Shown here: piece after piece, positions 30,001-43,569 of the stretch
How positions within the stretch are numbered: the first letter of the stretch is position 1
How the letters are laid out: every line of letters begins with the position of its first letter
Assembly: GCA_964016885.1 (NCBI GenBank)
Contig: OZ024742.1
Location: 360,220,001 to 360,284,000, forward strand
Source: Eledone cirrhosa
Taxonomy: Eukaryota
Reading direction: 5' to 3'
Length of the DNA: 64,000 nucleotides
The notes under the pieces: generated by a model
What the model was told of the DNA's origin: nothing
What the model saw: the letters and a program-made list of their open reading frames with translations, nothing else
The model's database searches: none
Position numbers and translations under genes: made by a program

Positions 30001-33000
30001 CCCATACACAGTATCTCTCTTCTGTAACACCCCATCAGCGTCTATATAGTGGTGAAAAAGCCAGTCACCCATACACATTATCTCTCTTCTATAACACACC
30101 ATCAACGTCTATATAGTGGTGAAACAGCCAGTCACCTATACACAGTATCCCTCTTCTATAATACTCCATCAACGTCTATATAGTGGTGAAACAGCCAGTC
30201 ACCCATACACAGTATCTCTCTTCTATAACACCCAATCAACGTCTATATAGTGGTAACACATCCAGTCACCTATACACAGTATGTCTCCTCTATAATACCC
30301 CATTCACGTCTATATAGTGGTGAAACATCCAGTCACCCATACACAGTATCTCTCTTCTATAACACCCCATCAACGTCTATATAGTGGTGAAAAAGCCAGT
30401 CACCCATACACATTATCTCTCTTCTATAACTCCCCATCAACGTCTATATAGTGGTGAAACAGCCAGTCACCCATACATAGTATCTCTCTTCTATAACACC
30501 ACATCAACGTCTATATAGTGGTGAAACAGCCAGTCACCCATACACCGTATATCTCTTCTATAACAGCCCATCAACATCTATATAATGGTGACGCATCCAG
30601 TCACCTATACACAGTATCTCTCTTCTATAACACCCCATCAACGTCTATATAGTGATGAAACATCCAGTCACCTATACACAGTATCTCTCTTCTATAACAC
30701 ATCATCAACGTCTATATAGTGGTGAAACAGCCAGTCACCCATACACAGTATCTCTCTTCTATAACACCCATCAACGTCTATGTATTGGTGAAACAGCCAG
30801 TCACCCATACACAGTATCTCTCTTCTATAACACCCCTTCAACGTCTATATAGTGGTGACACATCCAGTCACCTATACACAGTATCTCTCTTCTATAACAC
30901 CCCATTTACGTCTATATAGTGGTGAAACAGCCACTCACCCATACACATTATCTCTCTTCTATAACACCCAATCAACGACTATATAGTGGTCACACATCCA
31001 GTCACCCATACATAGTATCTCTCTTCTATAATACCCCATCAACGTCTATATAGTGGTGAAACAGCCAGTCACCCATACACAATATCTCTCTTCTATAACA
31101 CCCCATCAACGTCTATATAATGGTGACGCATCCAGTCACCCATACACAGTATCTCTCTTCTATAACACCCCATCAACGTGTATATAGTGGTGAAGCATCC
31201 AGTTAACCATACACATTATCTCTCTTCTATAACTCCCAATCAACGTCTATATAGTGGTCACACATCCAGTCACCCATACATAGTATCTCTCTTCTATAAC
31301 ACACCGTCAACGTCTATATAGTGGTGAAACAGCCAGTCACCCATACACAGTATCTCTCTTCTATACTACCTCATCAACGACTATATAGTGGTGACACAGC
31401 CAGTCACCCATACACAATATCTCTCTTCTATAACACCCCATCAACGTCTATATAATGGTGACGCATCAAGTCACCTATACACAGTATCTCTCTTCTATAA
31501 CACCCCATCAAGTTCTATATAGTGGTGAAACAGCCAGTCACCCATTCACAGTATCTCTCTTCTATAATACCACATCAACGTCTATATAGTGGTGAAACAG
31601 CCAGTCACCTATACACAGTATCTCTCTTCTATAACACCCCATCAACGTCTATGTAGTGGTAAAACAGCCAGTCACCCATACACAGTATCTCTCTTCTATA
31701 ATACCCCATCTTGGTCTATACAGTGGCGACACATCCAGTCACCTATACACAGTATCTCTCTTCTATAATACCTCATCAACAACTATATAGTGGTGACACA
31801 GCCACTCACCCATACACAGTATCTCTCTTCTATAATACCCCATCAATGTCTATATAATGGTGACGCATCCAGTCACCTATACACAGTATCTCTCTTCTAT
31901 AACACCCCATCAACGTCTATATAGTGGTGAAACAGCCAGTCACCCATACAAAGTATCTCTCTTCTATAACACCCCATCAACGTCTATATATTGGCGACAC
32001 ATCCAGTCACCTATACACAGTATCTCTCTTCTATAACACCCCATCAACGTCTATATAGTGGTGAAACATCCAGTCATCCATACACAGTATCTCTCTTCTA
32101 TAACACCCCATCAAAGTCTATATAGTGGTGACAAATCCAGTCACCCATACACAGTATCTCTCTTCTATAACACCCCATCAACGTCTATATAGTGGTGAAA
32201 CAGCCAGTTACCCATACACAGTATCTCTCTTCTATAATACCTCATCAACGACTATATAGTGGTGACACAGCCACTCACCCATACACAGTATCTCTCTTCT
32301 ATAACACCCCATCAACGTCTATATAGTGGCGACACATCCAGTCACCTATACACAGTATCTCTCTTCTATAACACACCCATCAACGTCTATATAGTGGTTA
32401 AACAGCCAGTCACCCATTCACAGTATCTCTCTTCTATAACACCCCATCAACGTCTATATAGTGGTGACACATCCAGTCATCTATACACAGTATCCATCTT
32501 CTATAATACTCCATCAACGTCTATATAATGGTGAAACAGCCAGTCACCCATTCACAGTTTCTCTCTTCTATAACACCCCATCAACGTCTATATAGTGGTC
32601 ACACATCCAGTCACCTATACACAGTATGTCTCCTCTATAATACCTCATTCATGTCTATATAGTGGTGACACATCCAGTCACCCATACACAGTATCTCTCT
32701 TCTATAACACCCCATCAACGTCTATATAGTGGTGAAACAGCCAGTCACCCATACATAGTATCTCTCTTCTATAACACCCCATCAACGTCTATATAGTGGT
32801 GAAACAGCCAGTCACCCATACACAGTATCTCTCTTCTATAACTCCCCATCAACGTCTATATAGTGGTGAAACAGCCAGTCACCCATACACAGTATCTCTC
32901 TTCTATAATACCTCATCAACGACTATATAGTGGTGACACAGCCACTCACCCATACACAGTATCTCTCTTCTATAACACCCCATCAACGTCTATATAGTGG

Positions 33001-36000
33001 CGACACATCCAGTCACCTATACACAGTATCTCTCTTCTATAACACACCCATCAACGTCTATATAGTGGTTAAACAGCCAGTCACCCATTCACAGTATCTC
33101 TCTTCTATAACACCCCATTAACGTCTATATAGTGGTGACACATCCAGTCACCTATACACAGTATCTCTCTTCTATAACACCCCTTCAACGTCTATATAGT
33201 GGTGAAACATCCAGTCACCCATACACAGTATCTCTGTTCTATAACACCCCATCAACGTCTATATAGTGGTGAAACAGCCAGTCACCCAAGCACAGTATCT
33301 CTCTTCTATAATACCACATCAACGACTATATAGTGGTGAAACAGCCAGTCACCTATACACAGTATCTCTCTTCTATAACACCCCATCAACGTCTATATAG
33401 TGGTGAAACAGCCAGTCAGCCATACACAGTATCTCTCTTCTATTATACCCCATCAACGTCTATATAATTGTGACGCATCCAGTCACCTATACACAGTATC
33501 TCTCTTCTATAACACCCCATCAACGTCTATATAGTGGTGAAACAACCAGTCACCCATACACCAGATCTCTCTTCTATAATACCCCATCAACGTCTATATA
33601 GTGGTGAAACAGCCAGTCACCCATACACAGTATCTCTCTTCTATAACACCCCATCAACGTCTATATAGTGGTGACACATCATGTCAACTATGCACAGTAT
33701 CTCTCTTCTATAACACCCCATCAACGTCTATATAGTGGTGAAATATCCAGTCACCCATACACAGTATCTCTCTTCTATAACACACCATCAACGTCTATAT
33801 ATTGGTGTCACATCCAGTCACCCATACACAGTATCTCTCTTCTATAACAACCCATCAACGTCTATATACTGATGAAACAGCCAGTTACCCATACACAGTA
33901 TCTCTCTTCTATAACACCCCATCAACGTGTATATAGTGGTGACACATCCAGTCACCTATACACAGTATGTCTCTTCTATAATACCCCATTCACGTCTATA
34001 TAGTGGTGACACATCCAGTCACCTATACACAGTATCTCTCTTCTATAACACCCCATCAACATCTATATAGTGGTGAAACAGCCAGTCACCCATACACTGT
34101 ATCTCTCTTCTATAACACCCCATCAACGTCTATACAGTGGTGAAACAGCCAGTCACCCATACACAGTATCTCTCTTCTATAACACCCCATCAACATCTAT
34201 ATAGTGATGAAACAGCCAGTCACCCTTACACAGTATCTCTCTTCTATAACACCCCATCAACGTCTATATAGTGGTGAAACAGCCAGTCACCCACACACAG
34301 TATCTTTCTTCTATAACACCCCGTCAACGTCTATATAGTGGTGAAACAGCCAGTCACCTATACACAGTATCTCTCTTCTATAACACCCCATCAACGTCTA
34401 TATAGTGGTGAAACAGCCAGTCACCCATACACAGTCTCTCTCTTCTATAACACCCCATCAACGTCTATATAGTGGTGACGCATCCAGTCACCCATACACA
34501 GTATCTCTCTTCTATAACACCCAATCAACGTCTATATAGTGGTGACGCATCCAGTCACCCATACACATCTCTCTTCTATAACACACCATCAACGTCTATA
34601 TAGTGGTGAAACAGCCAGTCACCCATACACAGTATCTCTCTTCTATAACACCCCATCAACGTCTATATAGTGGTGAAACATCCAGTCACCCATACACAGT
34701 ATCTCTCTTCTATAACACCCCATCAACGTCTATATAGTGGTGAAACAGCCAGTCACCCAAACACAGTATCTCTCTTCTATAATACCACATCAACGTCTAT
34801 ATAGTGGTGAAACATCCAGTCACCCATACACAGTATCTCTCTTCTATAACGCCACATCAACGTCTATATAGTCGTGAAACAGCCAGTCAGCCATACACAG
34901 TATCTCTCTTCTATTATACCCCATCAACGTCTATATAATTGTGACGCATCCAGTCACCTATACACAGTATCTCTCTTCTATAACACCCCATAACGTCTAT
35001 ATATTGGTGTCACATCCAGTCACCCATACACAGTATCTCTCTTCTATAACAACCAATCAACGTCTATATACTGATGAAACAGCCAGTTACCCATACACAG
35101 TATCTCTCTTCTATAACACCCCATCAACGTGTATATAGTGGTGACACATCCAGTCACCTATACACAGTATGTCTCTTCTATAATACCCCATTCACGTCTA
35201 TATAGTGGTGACACAGCCAGTCACCCATACACTGTATCTCTCTTCTATAACACCCCATCAACGTCTATACAGTGGTGAAACAGCAAGTCACCCATACACA
35301 GTATCTCTCTTCTATAACACCCCATCAACGTCTATATAGTGGTGAAACAGCCAGTCACCCATACACAGTATCTCTCTTCTATAACACCCCATCAACGTCT
35401 ATATAGTGGTGACGTATCCAGTCACCCATACACAGTATCTCTGTTCTATAACACCCCATCAACTACTATATAGTGGTAAAACAGCCAGTCACCCAAACAC
35501 AGTATCTCTCTTCTATAATACCACATCAACGTCTATATAGTGGTGAAACAGCCAGTCACCTATACACAGTATCTCTCTTCTATAACACCCCATCAACGTC
35601 TAAATAGTGGTGAAACAGCCAGTCAGCCATACACAGTATCTCTCTTCTATAACACCCGATCAACGTCTATATATTGGTGAAACAGCCAGTCACCCATACA
35701 CAGTATCTCTCTTCTATAACACCCGATCAACGTCTATATAGTGGTGAAACAACCAGTCACCCATACACAGTATCTCTCTTCTATAACACGCCATGAACGT
35801 CTATATAGTGGTGAAACAGCCAGTCACCCATACACAGTATCTCTCTTCTATAATACCTCATCAACGACTATCTAGTGGTGAAACAGCCAGTCACCCATAC
35901 ACAGTATCTCTCTTCTATAATACCTCATCAACGACTATATAGTGGTGAAACAGCCAGTCACCCATACACAGTATCTCTCTTCTATAACACCCCATCAACG

Positions 36001-38957
36001 TCTATATAGTGGTGACACGTCATGTCACCTATAGACAGTATCTCTCTTCTATAACACCCCATCAACGTCTCTATAGTGGTGAAACATCCAGTCACCCATA
36101 CACAGTATCTCTCTTCTATAACACCCCATGAACGTCTATATAGTGGTGAAACAGCCAGTCACTCATACACAGTATCTCTCTTCTCTAATACCTCATCAAC
36201 CACTATATAGTGGTGAAACAGCCAGTCACCCATACACAGTATCTCTCTTCTATAATACCCCCATCAACATCTATATAATGGTGACGCATCCAGTCACCTA
36301 TACACAGTATCTCTCTTCTATAATACCCCATTCACGTCTATATAGTGGTGACACATCCAGTCACCCATACACAGTATCTCTCTTCTATAACACCCATCAA
36401 CGTCTATATAGTGGCGACACATCCAGTCACCTATACACAGTATCTCTCTTCTATAACACCCCATCAACGTCTATATAGTGGTGAAACAACCAGTCACCCA
36501 TACACAGTATCTCTCTTCTATAACACCCCATCAACGTCTATATAGTGGTGAAACAGCCAGTCAACTATACACAGTATCTCTCTTCTATAACACCCCATCA
36601 ACGTCTATATAGTGGTGAAACAGCCAGTCACCCATACACAGTATCTCTCTTCTATAACACCCCATCAACGTCTATATAGTGGTGAAACAGCCAGTCACCT
36701 ATACACAGTATCTCTCTTCTATAACACCCCTTCAACGTCTATATAGTGGTGAAACAGCCAGTCACCTATACACAGTATCTCTCTTCTATAACACCCCATC
36801 AACGTCTATATAGTGGTGAAACAGCCAGTCAGCCATACACAGTATCTCTCTTCTATAACACCACATCAACGTCTATATAGTGGTGAAACAGCCAGTCACC
36901 CATACACCGTATCTCTCTTCTATAACACCCCATCAACGTCTATATAGTGGTGAAACAGCTATTAACCTATACACAGTATCTCTCTTCTATAACACCCCAT
37001 AAACGTCTATATAGTGGTGAAACAGCCAGTCAGCCATACACATTATCTCTCTTCTATAACACCCCATCACCGTCTATATAGTGGTGACACATCCAGTCAC
37101 CCATACAGAGTATCTCTCTTCTATAACACCCCATCACCGTCTATATAGTGGTGACACATCCAGTCACCCATACACAGTATCTCTCTTCTATTACACCCCA
37201 TCAACGTCTATATAGTGGTGAAACAGCCAGTCAGCTATACACAGTATCTCTCTTCTATAACACCACATCAACGTCTATATAATGGTGAAACAGCCAGTCA
37301 GCCATACACAGTATCTCTCTTCTATAACACCCCATCAACGTCTATATAGTGGCGACACATCCAGTCACCTATACACAGTATCTCTCTTCTATAACACCCC
37401 CTCAACGTCTATATAGTGGTGAAACAGCCAGTCACCTATACACCGTATCTCTCTTCTATAACACCCCATCAACGTCTATATAGTGGTGAAACAGCCAGTC
37501 ACCCATACACAGTATCTCTCTTCTATAACACCACATCAACGTCTATATAGTGGTGAAACAGCCAGTCACCCATACACCGTATCTCTCTTCTATAACACCC
37601 CATCAACGTCTATATAGTGGAGACGCATCCAGTCACCCATACACAGTATCTCTCTTCTATAACACCCCATCAACGTCTATATAGTGGTGACGCATCCAGT
37701 CACCCATACACAGTATCTCTCTTCTATAACACCCCATCAACGTCTATATAGTGGTGAAACATCCAGTCACCCATTCACATTATCTCTTTTCTATAACACC
37801 CCATCAACGTCTATATAGTGGTGAAACATCCAGTCACCCATACACGGTATCTCTCTTCTATAACACCCCATCAACGTCTATATAGTGGTGACGCATCCAG
37901 TCACCCATACACAGTTTCTCTCTTCTATAACACCCCATCAACGTCTATATAGTGGTGACGCATCCAGTCACCCATACACAGTATCTCTCTTCTATAACAC
38001 CCCATCAACGTCTATATAGTGGTGACACATCCAGTCACCCATACACTATATCTCTCTCCTATAACACCCCATCAACGTCTATATAGTGGTGACACATCCA
38101 GTCACCCATACACTATATCTCTCTTCTATAACACCCCATCAACGTCTATATAGTGGTGAAACAGCTAGTCACCTATACACAGTATCTCTCTTCTATAACA
38201 CCCCATCAACGTCTATATAGTGGTGAAACAGCTAGTCACCTATACACAGTATCTCTCTTCTATAACACCCCATCAACGTCTATATAGTGGTGAAACAGCT
38301 AGTCACCTATACACAGTATCTCTCTTCTATAACACCCCATCAACGTCTATATAGTGGTGAAATAGCCACTTACCAATACACCATATCTCTCTTCTATAAC
38401 ACCCTTTCAACGTCTATATAGTGATGAAACAGCCACTCACCCATACGCAGTATCTCTCTTCTATAACACCCCATTGACGTCTATATAGTGGTGAAACAGC
38501 CACTCACCCATACACAGTATCTCTCTTCTATAACACCCTATCAACGTCTATATAGTGGTGAAACAGCCAGTCACCCATACACAGTATCTCTCTTCTATAA
38601 CACCCCATCAACGTCTATATAGTGGTGAAACAGCCAGTCACCTATACACAGTATCTCTCTTCTATAACACCCCATCAACGTCTATTTAGTGGTGAAACAG
38701 CCAGTCACCCATATACAGTATCTCCCTTTGTATAAGGCCCCATAAACGCCTATATGGTCGTAAAACAGCCAGTCATCCATACACAGTATCTCCCTTTGCA
38801 TAAAACCCCATCAACGTCTATATAGTGGTGAAATAGCCTGGCACCCCATACACAGTATCTCTCTTCAATAAGACCCCATCAACGTCTATATAGTGTTGAC
38901 ACACCCAGTCAACCATACACAGTATCGCTCTTTGTATAACACCCCATCAACGTCTAC
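1..38957. repeat. 67-bp tandem satellite array (~580 monomers; continues beyond left edge of window)
   Basis: Consensus ATCTCTCTTCTATAACACCCCATCAACGTCTATATAGTGGTGAAACAGCCAGTCACCCATACACAGT repeats in 67-bp register with only rare 1-3 bp indels; last recognisable monomer ends at ...CATCAACGTCTAC near 38957. Confidence 0.99.
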
Positions 38958-38962
38958 ATAAT

Positions 38963-39125
38963 AGTGTTTCAGTTGATCTATCAACAGAAAAGACAGCCCA
39001 CGAAATAAATGTGTAAATAAGTATCTGAGTATTCCACAGACACGTGTACTCTTAACGTAATTCTCAGGGAGATTCAACGTGACTGAATGTGTGAGAAAAC
39101 TGGCCCTTTTAGTTACAGGTACAGT
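38963..39125 (-). mobile_element. Probable SINE body/3' fragment abutting the satellite
   Basis: TTTCAGTTGATC...TCCACAGACACGTGTAC...TTCTCAGGGAGATTCAACGTGAC...CTGGCCCTTT...TTACAGGTACA resembles, from recall, a common octopus SINE body; not verified by search. Confidence 0.4.
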
Positions 39126-39149
39126 CCATCCGAAGGACTTCCAAATAAT

Positions 39150-39278
39150 TTCCGTCTACCAAATTTCCCTCACAAGGTTTGTGTAGACCCGAGGCTGTGG
39201 TAAATTACATTTAGCCAAGATGGCATCCTGTGGGGTAGAACCGAGTAGCTTATGATTGCAAGACGAGCTTCTTAACTT
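39150..39278 (-). mobile_element. Degenerate tRNA-derived SINE head fragment
   Basis: Minus strand reads GTTAAGAAGCTCGTCTTGCAATCATAAGCTACTCGGTTCTACCCCAC, with a B-box-like GGTTCTACCCC followed by a SINE-like body. Confidence 0.4.
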
Positions 39279-39904
39279 AATTCTGCCATATACGTCACAT
39301 ACATAGTTTGTGTAACACAATTTACGTGAAGGAAGATATTGTATTGTACTCTAGGGTCCCAAATAAAAGGGGAGGGGACTAAGCGGGGTAGATTTAGCGG
39401 GAATGTAGAAAATCGGTAACTTTTCTAGGTTGTCTGCGTTTATGATTTTAAAAACCAGTATTAGTCGTTTAGTTTACATATTGATACTCCAACCTACAAT
39501 ATTTATTTTATAACATATGGGATTTATAGTGATGTATAGTGATGTATAGTGATGTCATGTATAATGTTTTTTAATGTATAAAGAAAATTAACATAAAATA
39601 AAATTTAACTGGAGATAGAAAATGTAATAGGTAAGTTAAGGGGGTGATAAGAGCGGAGGGGGTGGAAAAAATATGAAAAATTAATAAGAGGGGGAGGGAC
39701 GATTATTTGAGAGAAGAGAGTATGTATAGTATGCAGTCTCTAGAGAAATTGTGATATAGAGAGTTGGTGTCTCTGACATATTCTTTGGGCTTCCCTGCTA
39801 TATAGAACAGGTGTCTGACACCTTTTTAGAGCAGCTGATCATATGGGATATTCTACATTACATATTGTCAAATACCTCGAAAAGAATAATTTAACAAACA
39901 TCGT

Positions 39905-40224
39905 ATATAGTACAGTGTAACATATGTTACACTATATAGTACAGTGTACCATATATTACACTATATAGTATAGTGTACCATATATTACACTATATAGTAT
40001 ACAGTGTACCATATATTACACTATATAGTATACAGTGTTCCATATATTACAATATATAGTACAGTGTACCATATATTACACTATATAGTATACAGTGTAA
40101 CATATATTACACTATATAGTAGAGTGTACCATATATTACACTATATAGTATACAGTGTACCATATATTACACTATATAGTAGTGTGCCATATATTACACT
40201 ATATAGTATACAGTGTACCATATA
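39905..40224. repeat. 27-31 bp minisatellite (~11 copies)
   Basis: Unit CTATATAGTATACAGTGTACCATATATTACA with short deletions; unit starts at 39961, 39990, 40021, 40081, 40112, 40141, 40172. Confidence 0.95.
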
Positions 40225-40331
40225 TACTAATTTGTTTTTGTGGCCGCTTCTAGCTAGAGCTTCGTTATAAAAAGTCGCATTTTTATCGAAGCTCTAGCTA
40301 GAAGCGGCCACAAAAACAAATTAGTATATAT
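40220..40331. repeat. Near-perfect fold-back inverted repeat at the 5' end of a truncated PLE
   Basis: ATATACTAATTTGTTTTTGTGGCCGCTTCTAGCTAGAGCTTCG ... CGAAGCTCTAGCTAGAAGCGGCCACAAAAACAAATTAGTATAT; inner ATAAAAA/TTTTTAT around a short loop. Confidence 0.95.
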
Positions 40332-40669
40332 ACCTTGTACCAATAATACTACAAACATACAACCCAATATTACCAACAAACACCAAATGAAATACACACA
40401 CCTAAATGCCACTCACACTATACTCCAAAATACCAACTTAAAACTTAATTTCTCTACCTCTTCTAATATACAATATAATAACTTTCAAAAAACCATTCAT
40501 CCTAATATTCCAATATATGTTAATAACATTACTAACAAAATTCCTAATAATCAGGCTAAAACACCTAAATCAGTGAATCTAACTAAAAATATGTGTAATA
40601 AAATCACTAATACTAATTCTCTTAGTAAACATCAGGATACATCGTATAAAAATAAAAAACAATATGGAA

Positions 40670-41430
40670 ACCGTAATAGACGAGTTACTTGGTATAATGC
40701 TCCATTTAATCTACAAATTAAAGATAATATACCTAAAAAAAATGTTACTATCCTAGAGAAAAACTTCCCGCCAAACCATAAATACCATCAAATTTTAAAT
40801 AGATCAACGGTCAAATTCTCCTACTGAACAACCAAAAATATACAACAAAATATAAGTGCCTACAATGCATATAAATGTTTAAAAAAACATGAATATACCA
40901 CCAATACATCAAACTAACCATACTACTAAAATAAACCACAGCAAACCACCATCTCATTCACACCTAATTTGACTAACTCCCCTGATATAACATTCACGAA
41001 AGGTTGTAACTGTAGAAACAAAGCAAATTGCCCATTAAAAGGAAATTGCGTTATTAATAACATAGTATATAAATGTAAAATTAGCACTAAGGACTCAACT
41101 TATTCATATATAGGAGCTACTTCTAACCAATTTAAAGTAAGATTTAATACCCACAAACACAGTTTTAAAAATGCCGCATTAGCTAATACAACATCCTTAG
41201 CTGAAATAATTAATAATTATAGAAAAAAGAATATTGATTATAACCTGACCTGGAGTGTGCTCAAAAGGGCCACTCCTTATCAAAATAATAGATATGAATG
41301 TAGATTATGTTCCCAGGAACTCTTTGAAATAATGAAATCTAAGGATATCCTATTAAATAAGCGACAAGAATTAATTATATCATGCAATCATAGAATTAGA
41401 AAAACTTTCAAATATTATAAACCTAATTAA
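40670..41430 (+). pseudogene. PLE ORF C-terminal part: linker plus GIY-YIG endonuclease, interrupted by stops
   Basis: ORFs 40387-40827 and 40969-41430 are in the same frame, separated by TGA (40825) and two TAA codons; IVY/YIG, conserved Arg, Glu and Asn of GIY-YIG present. Confidence 0.85.
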
Positions 41431-42154
41431 TATACACTTATATTTTACAAATTATTATAATTAAATTTTTTTAAAATTAGTTAACCTATAATTAATATTC
41501 TACTACTAAGAACTGCATATTTTTATTTCCCTTTTACAGCTATCTTTTCCTAAAATTTATACCAATAAGTATACATATAAACTATTTTAATTTCCTGTTA
41601 TGAATCTATATTCCTTGTAATCTATATAAGTTTGTTATTTCTCACTAATACATTTATCGCCTCCCAAAAAAATATTTTTTTTCCTTCGTTTTTAACAACA
41701 TTCTTTAATAACATCTAACTCTTATTTATCATATCTATATGAATTAATATAAATTTATCCCTATAAATATACCTATCAATTAAATTAATTTAATTTCTTT
41801 TTATAGATCTAAATTCCTTATGTTTTAAATAAGATTGATATTTTTCACTAACACATTTATCGTAAAATTTTATTCTCCTTAGATTTTAACATTAGCATTA
41901 TTCTTTAATAACATCAATTTTTCGTGTACCTTTCACCGGCTTGACCTATTTTCATCTCCAAAGTAATCTTTTCATTCAAAATACTCTTTCCTTTCAAAAC
42001 TGAAGTCTGCATTCTTCTACCCATAAACTAAATTTCTACTACTACTATTCCATCAACTTGACCACTTACTACCTTTCTATTGGTCAATTCAAAACCTGTT
42101 CCCAAACAGACCTATTATATTAAATCTTTGTTGGTTTTTTTCAATAAACAAATA

Positions 42155-42292
42155 TCATTATTTCTGAAGACAGCATATATATGTGTAGGTATGTATATTC
42201 CCTCTGATAGTTTGTAAAACTTTTACATAGATCTATATGATATACATACCAACACACACATATATATCCTAGAAACGATCGTAAAATGATGA
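42155..42292 (+). ncRNA. Type I hammerhead ribozyme (PLE pseudo-LTR)
   Basis: Stem I TCATTATTT/AAATGATGA; core CTGAAGA (42164-42170); long stem II (ATATATATGTGT/ACACATATATAT, GGTATGTATAT/ATATACATACC; first pair C-A mismatch); GAAAC (42272-42276); palindromic stem III ACGATCGT; cleavage triplet GTA (42281-42283). Confidence 0.85.
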
Positions 42293-42679
42293 ATTTTTTA
42301 ATATAAGGAACTGTTTCTTTGTTTTTATTCATTATTTTTATTAATTTATATATATATATAATATATATGTATATATATATAATAACTTCACATATATATA
42401 TATATTTATATATATACCGAGGGTGTGTGGGGGAGTAGTGGAAAGACATTTTTAAAAAGGGGGGAGAGAAAAGGGGGGAAAAACAATTTTTAAAGAACAA
42501 TAGAAATTTTTTTAAAAATACAAACAAAAATAAACAAAGGGTGAAAGGGTGTGAGGCGTTTAGGAGTGGAGGAGGGTGTGAAAGAGGGGAGAGGGAGGCG
42601 GGGGTCCAAGCGGGGAGGGCTGAAGGTGGTGTTTGTGTATGGGTGTAGGTGTACGTGTGTGTGTGTACGTGAATGTGAG

Positions 42680-42721
<42 letters not shown>

Positions 42722-43449
42722 ATATATATATGTGTGTGTATATATATATACACACACACACATTATTGTAGTTAAGTTCCAAGCCAGCCGTAAATGTAGC
42801 TACCTTGCACGAGTACGGGGTGACGTTTTCTGACCTCTGGCCCCACCAGACGGCTTGTGCCTGGGGCTCACACGCATGAGAGATTTCGTCTATACAGTCT
42901 GGGTGTTGTATCAGTCAGGTAGCTATGGTGTTTGTTGTTTATATCTACGTTTATACTCCACATATCACATAATATATTTAACTTTTGTCTGACTTCACAA
43001 CATTTATCAATGTAGGCAGTTCCTAGGTAAAAGGGGTTTAGGAAATGAAATATTTATTAGTGAACAGAAGCAAACAAAATGAAAGTTTAAAAATAAATGA
43101 TCATAACGATATGAAGAAGATTGTATGTTGTTTCTAGCAAGTCGAGCGGACAAGTAGAACCATCCTTTACGATGGTGGGCTGAAAAGTTCATTGGCTGAC
43201 TATGAAGGAGTGACGCTAGAGCTGTGAAATCTTGCATGCATTAATTTCAACTCTTCTTATTAATAACAGCATTGTTTCTTTCCAGGGGCTATGTTGAAAA
43301 TTAAACCTCATTTGGTCATTCCATGAGAGTATCTTGGTCAGACTATGAACTTCGTAGCCGATCCTATGTAGATGTAGTGCCATATACTTACTGAAAAATT
43401 ACATTTATATTTCAAATGTTAAAAAAAATCATTGTATAATGTAAATCAG

Positions 43450-43452
<3 letters not shown>

Positions 43453-43506
<54 letters not shown>
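43453..43506. repeat. (CA)n microsatellite
   Basis: Pure AC run. Confidence 0.98.
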
Positions 43507-43508
<2 letters not shown>

Positions 43509-43569
43509 GTACACATGTGTGCGTGTATGTGTGTGTGTGAATGACCTTTGGTCCTTATTAGGACACCAT

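Larger units (their letters stand above)
40331..42300 (+). mobile_element. 5'-truncated Penelope-like retroelement (C-terminal GIY-YIG endonuclease, AT-rich 3' region ending in a hammerhead)
   Basis: Linker motif RNRRVTWYNAPF...FPPNHKYHQILNRSTVKFSY, then CNCRNKANCPLKGNC..IVY..YIGAT..FKVRFNTH..CRLC..E..LLNKRQE..SCNH, then a hammerhead at 42155-42292 and (TA)n. Confidence 0.85.

Noticed and set aside
12097-36545. Short ORFs within the satellite
   Set aside because: Translations of the 67-mer; they cluster where indels shift past the recurring stop codons.
1-38957. CRISPR-like array (conserved repeat with a variable segment)
   Set aside because: The variable part is a handful of recurrent point variants, not unique spacers; no cas genes; eukaryotic context.
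40825-40827. In-frame TGA in the PLE ORF as selenocysteine or read-through
   Set aside because: Followed by in-frame TAA stops and not clearly at a conserved Cys; ordinary decay is more likely.
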